Notes under the pieces: model-generated
Database searches by the model: none
Told to the model about the DNA's origin: nothing
Seen by the model: only the letters and a program-made list of their open reading frames with translations
Source of the DNA: Spirochaetia bacterium
GTDB taxonomy: Bacteria > Spirochaetota > Spirochaetia > WRBN01
Reading direction: 5' to 3'
Length of the DNA: 64,000 nucleotides
NCBI GenBank assembly: GCA_965249825.1
Contig: CBDFMW010000002.1
Span: 98,644-162,643 of the forward strand
Made by a program: the position numbers and the translations under genes
Shown: one piece after another, positions 10,846-19,334 of the stretch
How positions within the stretch are numbered: the stretch's first letter is position 1
Layout of the letters: the number at the start of each line of letters is the position of its first letter

Positions 10846-12207
10846 TTATTCAGGGGCTTTGCCCCATCGATCCATCAGTAGGTAAGCAGTATCTACTAGG
10901 TTTACCCAATGAGATAATTGGAGGTTTTCAAGTTGTTCCTTGGTTCCCCCTTTTTGAAAGAACACTGCTAAAAGAGTAGGGTGATCTTTTTTTGCTTGCC
11001 ATCTTGTTGCTGATGTTTGCTCATTATCATTAGTCTTTTGCATCAGATGTAATAGTTCCGCTTGACTAAAAAAAGACATAAAAGGTGCAATTAATGTTGA
11101 GAATTTTATGGTGGCTTCATCCCAGTTTCTACTATGACTATAAAGGCGAGTGAGTACTTCATGTAAAATAATAGTTAGATTAACCTCTTGAGCTTGCACA
11201 TAGAGAATCTCTATCACTTCAGGACGGATGTTTGTAAAATCATATTCTGTCGGTATTTGTTCAAAATGCTCTTTTAAGTTGGATGCTAAAAATGTAGCCA
11301 CAAATGCTCGATCCAAACGAGGTATTCCTCGATATTGTGTCTCGTTGACAAATAGTTTAATCATATTTTTAATATTCTCAGGAAAAGCATGATACAGATG
11401 ACTTAAATGACAACCCAATAAGGTTATAGCGTACTCTTTGCCATAGACATCAGCTTCTTCGATAAATCTTGTGTAATAGCCAAGCTCGCTTTCCATGAAC
11501 TCTACGCACCAACTCCGCCGTTCGGGTTTGCTAAGCAGATGGAATAGTGAGGCATAATAAATGGCTCGATGAGGGTGAATGTCCTCATCGGTAGGGTGAA
11601 TGACAAATTTCCATAAAGCCCTAAAAATAGTTTTGCAAGATGTTTTGTCTAGCCGATGAAAATATCTGTTGTCTAAATAGGTAGCAAGCGTTTTTCTGTC
11701 TGCCAACTGTCTGCTTTTTGCAGCCAAGTCTTTAACCATTTTGTCCACTATTTTTTTGGGAAGCATAGCGGGTTTGAGCAAAAGTTCTTCGAGGGCGTTA
11801 CGCAGAGCCGCTCTAGCTTCTTCTTTAGTAGGCTGAAACAAAACCAGCTCGTCAGATAAACTAGGATGGGCACACCTATTACGATCACTGCGAATGCGTT
11901 CTAATCGTTCTTTAGCCTGTCCTTGCAGAATCCAGCCTTTTTCAAGTAAGGTCTTCTCCCATTCCATCGATTCCTTGTGGCTTTTAACCGCCTCCAGGTC
12001 GGCTAAGATTTTTTTGGCTGTGTCATCCCCTTCAAAATCACTTAAATGTTGCAATTTAAACACAATATCGCATAAAATCACCGTCCACAGTGAAACAATC
12101 ATGGCACGGTAGTTTCCTGAAGTGTAAGAGCTATACACTTCTTTAAAATATTCACGAGTTTGAGCTTGTGAGATTTTTTCCATAACTTCTTCTAGGTCAA
12201 ACATCAT
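10846..12207 (-). CDS. HEPN-domain (Rx4H) Abi-like protein
   Basis: 453 aa; N-terminal helical domain with RIRSDRNRCAHPS (R-x4-H HEPN motif, aa 109-114). Confidence 0.55.
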   Translation of the reverse strand: MMFDLEEVMEKISQAQTREYFKEVYSSYTSGNYRAMIVSLWTVILCDIVFKLQHLSDFEGDDTAKKILADLEAVKSHKESMEWEKTLLEKGWILQGQAKERLERIRSDRNRCAHPSLSDELVLFQPTKEEARAALRNALEELLLKPAMLPKKIVDKMVKDLAAKSRQLADRKTLATYLDNRYFHRLDKTSCKTIFRALWKFVIHPTDEDIHPHRAIYYASLFHLLSKPERRSWCVEFMESELGYYTRFIEEADVYGKEYAITLLGCHLSHLYHAFPENIKNMIKLFVNETQYRGIPRLDRAFVATFLASNLKEHFEQIPTEYDFTNIRPEVIEILYVQAQEVNLTIILHEVLTRLYSHSRNWDEATIKFSTLIAPFMSFFSQAELLHLMQKTNDNEQTSATRWQAKKDHPTLLAVFFQKGGTKEQLENLQLSHWVNLVDTAYLLMDRWGKAPE

Positions 12208-12209
12208 TA

Positions 12210-13418
12210 TTACTCTTTAGCCGACCACAGGGCATTCATCACCAAAAAAATGCTCTCTTGCACGGTGATATGGTCATTCATCTGCAATAAATAGATCTCT
12301 GTGGTTTCAGGTGAACTGTGGTGTGTGGTGAAACAGTGTGATACCATGCACGGATTAATTAAAATTTCAAGACCATCTAGTAAATGTAAGGAGATAAACA
12401 CTTTATCTTTATGACTAAAAAAGGCCTTAATATGGGACCAACTCTCTTTTATAGGAGTGGGGTGTTTTCCGTCTACAAAAAAGAGACTTAAGTAGGGATT
12501 AGGCGATCCATAAGTATTATAGCCCTGTTGCACCACACTCACTAGATCAAGGTTTACCAAAATATCTGTGTGTAAAATGTGGTGTAGCCTAAGAAAATTG
12601 TGTTCTAAAGATAAAAGGGAGGTGAAATAACTTATATTGTTCACTACCGCTTGCGTGTGCTGCACGCCAATAAAATGAAGTAAAGCCCCACCCGTTCCCA
12701 ATAACGGGGCGAGTGGTTCAATAAAGGTGATGAGTTGAGGATTAACCCACAATAATACATCATCTTGATAAGATTTTGGCTGAACAAGAGATGTGCCACG
12801 TAACTTTAACCAAGTGTTTTCAATAAGGCTAGGGGACGCGGACACCAGCGGTGCTTTTAGTGAGACATCGGTAAAGTGTAAAAGGTTTTTTGGGATAGAG
12901 TCATTGCCGACTGCACTTACGGTATGATTTATTGAGAGTTGAGTGGCTAAAGAAAACCCCAGTAAACAGAGCTCTTGTGAGTGCAATAGAGCTATAGAAC
13001 AAGGTATTCTCTGTTGTTGTAGATAAAGATTAAGCGAGTTCAAATCTTGTTTAATGTAAAGAAAATGATTTTGATAGGCCATTACTAACTGCGTATGCTC
13101 ATGTATCACGTCTGTTCTAGAATTTCTTTGGTAGCTTGTAATGCCCAAACTCATTAAACTAAAATTAACTAGAGCAAGGTTATTGTCTATGGTTGTCAAC
13201 TGAATAAAGGCAGGCACTTGCTCTTTAAAAAGAGTACAGAGAGATGAAAATGACTCTTTAACCAAGATTTGGGCATCACGATTGGTAAAGGTGATAAGAC
13301 TAAGCTCCTCTATTTCTCCTGAAAGGTGATTTTGCTGGTAATGTGGTATTACCACCGTGCAAGAGGCAGGATTAATCATCAATATGCCTAATGTCATGCT
13401 GTTTAATGGAATAAACAT
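12210..13418 (-). CDS. hypothetical repeat-motif family protein (402 aa)
   Basis: LALVNFSLMSL, LLWVNPQLITFIEP, LEILINPCMVSHC motif copies. Confidence 0.55.
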   Translation of the reverse strand: MFIPLNSMTLGILMINPASCTVVIPHYQQNHLSGEIEELSLITFTNRDAQILVKESFSSLCTLFKEQVPAFIQLTTIDNNLALVNFSLMSLGITSYQRNSRTDVIHEHTQLVMAYQNHFLYIKQDLNSLNLYLQQQRIPCSIALLHSQELCLLGFSLATQLSINHTVSAVGNDSIPKNLLHFTDVSLKAPLVSASPSLIENTWLKLRGTSLVQPKSYQDDVLLWVNPQLITFIEPLAPLLGTGGALLHFIGVQHTQAVVNNISYFTSLLSLEHNFLRLHHILHTDILVNLDLVSVVQQGYNTYGSPNPYLSLFFVDGKHPTPIKESWSHIKAFFSHKDKVFISLHLLDGLEILINPCMVSHCFTTHHSSPETTEIYLLQMNDHITVQESIFLVMNALWSAKE

Positions 13419-13462
13419 ATTACTATTCCATATGAGGCAAGGAGGTGAACGTAGTCATGGCA

Positions 13463-14206
13463 TTACTTAGAGGTGGAATCATCAGCATTGGGGTTTACAG
13501 CCTGGCAACTGAGCATCTTAATGAGATTACTAAATATCTCTTGATGATGAGTACTTACCTGTGGCCCATCACAACGCTTTAACCAGTAATTAATAAAATT
13601 AAGGCTAGGGTGAGAAAACTCTTCACTGAGCAGCTCCTCTAACCGTTGCATATACTCGATTTCAGTGAGTTTTTGAAGCATTTTAGTAGGGTGAAAGGAG
13701 TGCTTGTGCAACTGCTCTAACAGCGTTAAATTAGCAGGTTTTAAGGAAGTCAAATCGACACTGGTAAAAGGTTTTTTATCCAAAATGCCTTCTTCGCTAA
13801 AGTCTGCAAAAAATTGATACACACAGCCGTTCGTAAGGATGGCTAACTGAGGTTTTTTAAAGGCAAACACAGCGTGCATCGTGTTGTAGCAGGTTTCAAA
13901 ATCTTCATCCACATACACACCCATTACAAAAAGGGGTTCTTCATGTTGCCAAATAATATAGTCAATGTGGTAGGTGTGCGTTTGGGCTTGCGGGCTTACC
14001 GCATTCATTACGCTTGAGGTGTCTAGCACCAATCCTCCCAGCATAATCGCCATGGGGCTGGTTTCAGGCAGGTTCAGATCCACTTCTAATGGACCACAGT
14101 GCACTTCATCAGGGTTGGTAATATCATAACCTAGGGCGGTTAAAAAGGGTTGCACCAGCACCGCATTGATGCTGGCTTTGGTGGTGAGATCGTGCTGAAA
14201 ACGCAT
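13463..14206 (-). CDS. hypothetical protein (first gene of minus-strand operon)
   Basis: 247-aa ORF; start codon lies inside a perfect 43-bp tandem duplication. Confidence 0.45.
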   Translation of the reverse strand: MRFQHDLTTKASINAVLVQPFLTALGYDITNPDEVHCGPLEVDLNLPETSPMAIMLGGLVLDTSSVMNAVSPQAQTHTYHIDYIIWQHEEPLFVMGVYVDEDFETCYNTMHAVFAFKKPQLAILTNGCVYQFFADFSEEGILDKKPFTSVDLTSLKPANLTLLEQLHKHSFHPTKMLQKLTEIEYMQRLEELLSEEFSHPSLNFINYWLKRCDGPQVSTHHQEIFSNLIKMLSCQAVNPNADDSTSK

Positions 14207-14263
14207 GTGTTTTTCGGTTATTGGTGGTGAGATCGTGCTGAAAACGCATGTGTTTTTCGGTTA
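14178..14263. repeat. perfect 43-bp tandem duplication (2 copies) spanning the start codon of ORF 13463..14206
   Basis: ttggtggtgagatcgtgctgaaaacgcatgtgtttttcggtta at 14178-14220 and again at 14221-14263. Confidence 0.95.
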
Positions 14264-14331
14264 TTTGTTGAATACTGGCGTATAAATTCATGCACCAACC
14301 CTCTTTTTTTGTGGTTTTTTCTTATTGTAAC

Positions 14332-15264
14332 CTAATCATTAAACTTTGTCAGGACTATTTCTCTAATATCGTCAGAAATACTGACAAGCCATGAGGCTAA
14401 TTGGTCGGTAGTCTGCAAATAGGTGAGAACCTCTTCTTGTCTTTCTTTAAGAACGCCAAAAATATGCGGTTTACCATCGGCTGTTTTGCCACCAGCGGTA
14501 AAAATATCTCTAAAATTCGGGCAGATGCAGTTGAACCGTTCTAGCAACAACAAAGAGGCTTTATCAAACTTATTGGCTTTGTTGGTGAAAATTTCAGGGC
14601 ATTCCGCCAATGCCATCACGATAAAGGTTTCTTGAGTGGGCTTGTCCAGTGTTCGCCATTGGCGCAAGATAGGCGTTGTGAATTGCTGGTCATCCATCCA
14701 CCACAGGGTTTCTCCGTCTTTTAATGTGTGAGAAAAGTATTCTTTCAATTGCTGTACTTTGTTTTCGTCCGTACGAAATTGATCGTAGGAGGTGTTCAGT
14801 TTATGAAAAATAGTATCGGTGGGGGATAGCGACATATCTATTTTATAGCGTGGTGAATGGGTAACCCCAATCGAGGATAAACACTCTTCATAGCGTTTGT
14901 AGCGAATATTTCTTGATCCACCGAGCTTACCAAATAGCATGTAAATATGCTGCAACTCCGCTACCCGATTGGTTTCCATAATACTGTTGCCTAGGCTTGT
15001 CCAGCCATCTTTTTGGGTAACTTTTACCTCCACGCCAAAGTTGCCGCTGGCTATAATATCAGGAAAGGATAAAGCCCCTGTTTGCTCAATATCCCAGTTA
15101 CCTTGGCTTGCCTCTTTCATTAGGTCGACCACAAACTGCTCAAAGCTTTGCCCCGTCATCTTGGCACTGAGGCTGTTAATAGTTTGTAAACCCAGTTGTT
15201 TACTTTTTTCTAATAGCTGAATGAACTCAGGTTCAGTATGCACTCCTTTTGCTATGTGAATCAT
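14332..15264 (-). CDS. Type II restriction endonuclease (PD-(D/E)XK fold), cognate to adjacent C5-MTase
   Basis: PD-ExK motif SFPDIIASGNFGVEVKVTQK; likely start Met at 15262-15264 forms ATGA overlap with MTase stop, GGAG RBS upstream. Confidence 0.6.
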   Translation of the reverse strand: MIHIAKGVHTEPEFIQLLEKSKQLGLQTINSLSAKMTGQSFEQFVVDLMKEASQGNWDIEQTGALSFPDIIASGNFGVEVKVTQKDGWTSLGNSIMETNRVAELQHIYMLFGKLGGSRNIRYKRYEECLSSIGVTHSPRYKIDMSLSPTDTIFHKLNTSYDQFRTDENKVQQLKEYFSHTLKDGETLWWMDDQQFTTPILRQWRTLDKPTQETFIVMALAECPEIFTNKANKFDKASLLLLERFNCICPNFRDIFTAGGKTADGKPHIFGVLKERQEEVLTYLQTTDQLASWLVSISDDIREIVLTKFND

Positions 15265-16211
15265 TTCAAATACTCCATCACTTGCCGTGCTATATGCCAC
15301 GCAAACACAGGCGGCACGGCATTGCCAATTTGTTTATAAGCGGCTGAGGTGGAGGGAAGAAAAATAAAATCATCAGGAAAGGACTGCAAGCGAGCGGCTT
15401 CGCGTGCCGATAAGCGTCGGCTACCATCCCACAAAAATTCAATGTTGCCGTGGTGTTCAGCCCGCATGGCTGGAGCTATTTTATTAGCAGCAATGTTGGT
15501 GTTGCCTTGTCCATTGGTGCGTTTAGCCTTGGACCACACATGATTGATAAGTTTGTTTTCAGGCAAGTTTACCAAATCATGAAGAGCTTCTTGAGCTGTT
15601 ACATGTTGGATGCAGGTGGGGGCAAGGTGTGTAAAAAAAGTATTAGGATAGGCGGTTTGTTTTAAGCCCACAATAATCACCCGGCTACGCGATTGAGGCA
15701 CGCCAAAGTCTGCCACTTGATACAAATGGTAATTCACATTGTAGCCTAGTGCCGTAAAATCATTCACAATCGCTTTAATGGCTTGCCCCTGCTCAATGTC
15801 TAAAATACCTTTCACATTTTCGGCAATGAAAATGTTCGGGTTGGTCAGGCTAATCACTTTTAGCATGGCGGTGTAGAGTAAGCCCCGTCGGTCCTCAAAG
15901 CCTTGGCGTTTGCCAGCATAGGAGAACGGTTGACACGGAAAGCCCCCTAACACCACATCAGCTTGTGGGGGAATGACCCCTGAGTTGATGCCATCCCAAA
16001 CATCACCACTAAAGGGGGCGTGGTTAAAGTTGTGTTGGTAGGTTAAGCAGGCGTTTTTTTCAATGTCGCAGGCAAAAAGCGTGTTAAAATTGTGCTTGGC
16101 ATAGTGCTTGGCATAGTGCTTGGCATAGTGCTGGTTCAAAAAAGAAAAATCGCCACGAAAGCCTAAATCTAAGCCACCAGCCCCTGAAAAAAGAGATACA
16201 ATATTAGGCAT
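15261..16211 (-). CDS. DNA (cytosine-5)-methyltransferase
   Basis: Motif I FSGAGGLDLGF, motif IV GGFPCQPFS, motif VI ENVKG, motif X QIGNAVPPV; start ATG 16209-16211 preceded by AGGAG. Confidence 0.9.
   Translation of the reverse strand: MPNIVSLFSGAGGLDLGFRGDFSFLNQHYAKHYAKHYAKHNFNTLFACDIEKNACLTYQHNFNHAPFSGDVWDGINSGVIPPQADVVLGGFPCQPFSYAGKRQGFEDRRGLLYTAMLKVISLTNPNIFIAENVKGILDIEQGQAIKAIVNDFTALGYNVNYHLYQVADFGVPQSRSRVIIVGLKQTAYPNTFFTHLAPTCIQHVTAQEALHDLVNLPENKLINHVWSKAKRTNGQGNTNIAANKIAPAMRAEHHGNIEFLWDGSRRLSAREAARLQSFPDDFIFLPSTSAAYKQIGNAVPPVFAWHIARQVMEYLK
16094..16129. repeat. in-frame 12-bp tandem repeat x3 (gcttggcatagt) encoding (HYAK)3 inside the MTase
   Basis: Three exact copies between MTase motifs I and IV. 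Confidence 0.9.
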
Positions 16212-16293
16212 AAAACTCCTGTTGGTATGTGAGTGAAATCGATATACACAAAGCATTATAGCACCTAAAGAGTAACAAGACTATTCGGTTACA

Positions 16294-17319
16294 TCAAAAC
16301 AACTCACTCATCCCCGTCTCCGCTGGTGGGGGTGTCAGCCCCAAATGCAAATAGGCTAGCGGACTAGCGGTGCGCCCCTGTCGGGTGCGCAGCATGAGAC
16401 CCCGCTGCACGAGGTAGGGCTCATAGAAATCTTCTAAACTATCGGCACTTTCACCTACTGCTATGGCAAGTGTTTCTACACCCACAGGACCACCGCGATA
16501 ATTTTCAATAATAACACGTAAAATTGTGCGGTCTTGTTCTTCTAGCCCTAAATGGTCAATCCTCATCTGGGCGAGGGCGTGCTTGGCGAGGTCAAAGGTG
16601 ATAGTGCCGTTGCCTTTCACTTGGGCAAAGTCGCGCAAGCGGCGGAGCAATCGGGTGGCAACACGGGGTGTGCCGCGCGCACAGCTGGATAGAAGATGCA
16701 CAGCTTGATCGTCTATGGCGATGGACAGAAGCTTGGCTGCCCGACGAATCACTTGGGCAATTTCTGGTTCGGTGTAGAGGTTGATGCGTAAAGAGATGCC
16801 AAATCGGGTGTGCAATGGGCTACTCACCCTCCCAGGCTTGGTGGTGGCCCCCACTAGGGTGAACTTAGGTAAAGGAATGCGCACGCTGCGGGCAGCGGCT
16901 CCTGCCCCTACGATGAAATCGATTTCAAAGTCTTCCATGGCAATGTAAAGCATCTCTTCTACCACGGGTTTGAGGCGGTGAATTTCATCAATAAAGAAGA
17001 GCGCTCCGGGGTTAAGGCTGGTTAGTAAGCCTGCTAAGTCTTTGGGTTTGTCGAGGGCGGGGGCACTGGTTACGGCAAAGTCCACGCCTAACTCGGCAGC
17101 CACCACGCCGGCGAGGGTGGTTTTGCCCAAGCCCGGAGGACCTGAAATGAAGAGATGATCCATCGCTTCATGACGCTGTTTGGCGGCATTAATGAAGACG
17201 GCAAGGTTAGATTTTAAGTCGGACTGCCCTTGAAAATCTTGCAGAAAACGGGGGCGTAAGGGCCCATCTAGTTCGTTTTCACCCGGCTGTGCTTCGGTTT
17301 CTAAAGGACCATGTTTCAT
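16294..17319 (-). CDS. ruvB: Holliday junction branch migration helicase RuvB
   Basis: [19 protein letters not shown] Walker A, RuvB sensor and winged-helix regions. Confidence 0.95.
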   Translation of the reverse strand: MKHGPLETEAQPGENELDGPLRPRFLQDFQGQSDLKSNLAVFINAAKQRHEAMDHLFISGPPGLGKTTLAGVVAAELGVDFAVTSAPALDKPKDLAGLLTSLNPGALFFIDEIHRLKPVVEEMLYIAMEDFEIDFIVGAGAAARSVRIPLPKFTLVGATTKPGRVSSPLHTRFGISLRINLYTEPEIAQVIRRAAKLLSIAIDDQAVHLLSSCARGTPRVATRLLRRLRDFAQVKGNGTITFDLAKHALAQMRIDHLGLEEQDRTILRVIIENYRGGPVGVETLAIAVGESADSLEDFYEPYLVQRGLMLRTRQGRTASPLAYLHLGLTPPPAETGMSELF

Positions 17320-17606
17320 TGTGCGCCTCGCAGTTGTTGTTGGTTAGGGTTATTTTAAAGTGAATAAACCCTTGACCATTTATATTAATTAATGTATCAT
17401 GCTCATATTAGTGCATACGCTTACGTGCCAAATGACTAATATATGGCTTTTATTGATAATAATCAACCTACAACAACTCTAAACAAACCATCGGCATCCA
17501 TTATAATCAATTATCTGTCTATGCAAACACCCAATACCAATAATAATTTTTTTAAATTAGATGATTTCTAAAACGATAACAAAACTTAAGAAAAGTAAGG
17601 CTGTTA

Positions 17607-19298
17607 ATGAATAAGAGTAAAGAAGATGAGCAAGCTGAGTTTGATCTGCCCGTAGTGGCAGGTGTCGCAAATAAGAGCGTGGGAGAGTCTTCTGTGGAGC
17701 CATCTGTGGCAACAAGCGAGACACTCCCTCGACGACGTGTGCGCGTGAAACGTGCCGTAGCGAATGAAGGAGCCATGAAAGAAAGTCATCTGGTTGCCAG
17801 CGAACCTGTCGTCCCCCAGCCTCAAGCACCTGTGTTGCCCCCCTCTCCTCCAGTGAGAAACGAACAACCAAGGCGTGCGCATAATAACAACAATGTGCAA
17901 CAAGGTGGGCATCATGGCAAAAACAGCAATAACAATCGAAACAACCGTGGTCGGCAGAATTTAGGCTCTATGCCTAGCGACCAAGGACAAAATTCTCCTC
18001 CGCCTGACCCTAATGCCCCGCAAATAAGCATCAATGATCTTTCTCTACTCAGCGTGCCTGAGTTACGATTACGGGCTGAGAGCTTTGGTTTGGTGCACGA
18101 TGAGTTGCTTGCCTTAAAGAAGCAAGAGATTATTGGACAAATTTTACGACGGCACACCTCACAGGGGGGCGTTATTTTTGCCTATGGCAGTTTAGAAACA
18201 CTCAATGATGGCTACGGCTTTTTGCGCAGTCCGCAAAATAGCTACCTATCGGGCAGTGATGACATTTATATCAGCCCTAATCAAATTAGAAATTTTAACT
18301 TAAAAACGGGCGATACGGTGTATGGACAAATTCGTAGCCCTAAGGAGGGTGAGCGGTTTTTTGCTATGCAGCGGGTGGAGACGGTGAACTTTGACAGTCT
18401 TGAGGTGAGTCAAAATCGTGTGCCTTTTGAAAACTTAACACCACTTTTCCCTGATGAGCGTCTCAATATGGAGACTGCTATCGGTGATGTGTCCACACGC
18501 ATTATTAATCTGTTTTGTCCTATTGGTAAGGGGCAGCGTGGTTTGATTGTGGCACCCCCACGCACAGGTAAAACGGTGCTCATGCAGAAGATTGCCAACG
18601 CTATTACCGAGAATCATCCTGATTGTTACCTAATAGTCTTGTTGATTGACGAACGACCTGAAGAGGTTACCGACATGAAGCGCAGTGTGAAGGGTGAGGT
18701 GATTGCCTCTACTTTTGATGAGCAGGCTAGTCGGCATGTGCAAGTGGCTGAAATGGTGCTTGAGAAGAGTAAGCGTATGGTGGAGCAGGGCAAAGATGTG
18801 GTTATTCTGTTAGATAGCTTAACCCGTTTAGCTAGAGCATATAACCAAACCATGCCCACTTCTGGTAAAATTTTATCCGGTGGAGTGGATTCTAATGCCC
18901 TACACAAACCCAAGCGTTTTTTTGGGGCAGCGCGCAATATCGAAGGCGGTGGCTCTCTAACCATTATGGCCACGGCTTTGGTTGAGACGGGCAGTAAAAT
19001 GGACGATGTTATATTTGAAGAGTTTAAAGGCACGGGAAACATGGAGATTATTCTCGACCGTAAGCTGTCGGATAAGCGTATTTTTCCAGCCATTAACATT
19101 AAGCGTAGTGGCACACGGCGTGAAGAGTTGTTGCTGACTAGCGAAGAGGTGAGCAAGATTTGGGTCTTGCGCAAGGCTCTCAACAGTATGGAAGATTTAC
19201 AGATGACTGAGCTTATTTTAGATAAAATGCGTAAGAGCAAAACGAATGACTCATTTTTACGTTCCATGAATGTTGGCCCTTCGGGTGCTGCCAACTAG
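17607..19298 (+). CDS. rho: transcription termination factor Rho with Q/N/P-rich N-terminal insertion domain
   Basis: [19 protein letters not shown] Walker A, RNA-binding OB domain, [12 protein letters not shown]; ~150-aa low-complexity N-terminal extension. Confidence 0.9.
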   Translation: MNKSKEDEQAEFDLPVVAGVANKSVGESSVEPSVATSETLPRRRVRVKRAVANEGAMKESHLVASEPVVPQPQAPVLPPSPPVRNEQPRRAHNNNNVQQGGHHGKNSNNNRNNRGRQNLGSMPSDQGQNSPPPDPNAPQISINDLSLLSVPELRLRAESFGLVHDELLALKKQEIIGQILRRHTSQGGVIFAYGSLETLNDGYGFLRSPQNSYLSGSDDIYISPNQIRNFNLKTGDTVYGQIRSPKEGERFFAMQRVETVNFDSLEVSQNRVPFENLTPLFPDERLNMETAIGDVSTRIINLFCPIGKGQRGLIVAPPRTGKTVLMQKIANAITENHPDCYLIVLLIDERPEEVTDMKRSVKGEVIASTFDEQASRHVQVAEMVLEKSKRMVEQGKDVVILLDSLTRLARAYNQTMPTSGKILSGGVDSNALHKPKRFFGAARNIEGGGSLTIMATALVETGSKMDDVIFEEFKGTGNMEIILDRKLSDKRIFPAINIKRSGTRREELLLTSEEVSKIWVLRKALNSMEDLQMTELILDKMRKSKTNDSFLRSMNVGPSGAAN

Positions 19299-19334
19299 CC
19301 TTAATTTTACCCCCCTCATTAAAGGAGAAGATTT

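Noticed and set aside
7635-13418. Interpreting the repeat-family paralogs as PilZ c-di-GMP receptors (RRxxxK...DSxE...G)
   Set aside because: The spacing between the RR and D.S..G-like residues is far too short for the PilZ RxxxR / DxSxxG motif pair.
16094-16129. Phase-variable on/off switch in the MTase
   Set aside because: The repeat unit is 12 bp (a multiple of 3), so copy-number change cannot shift the frame. It is not a classic phase-variation tract.
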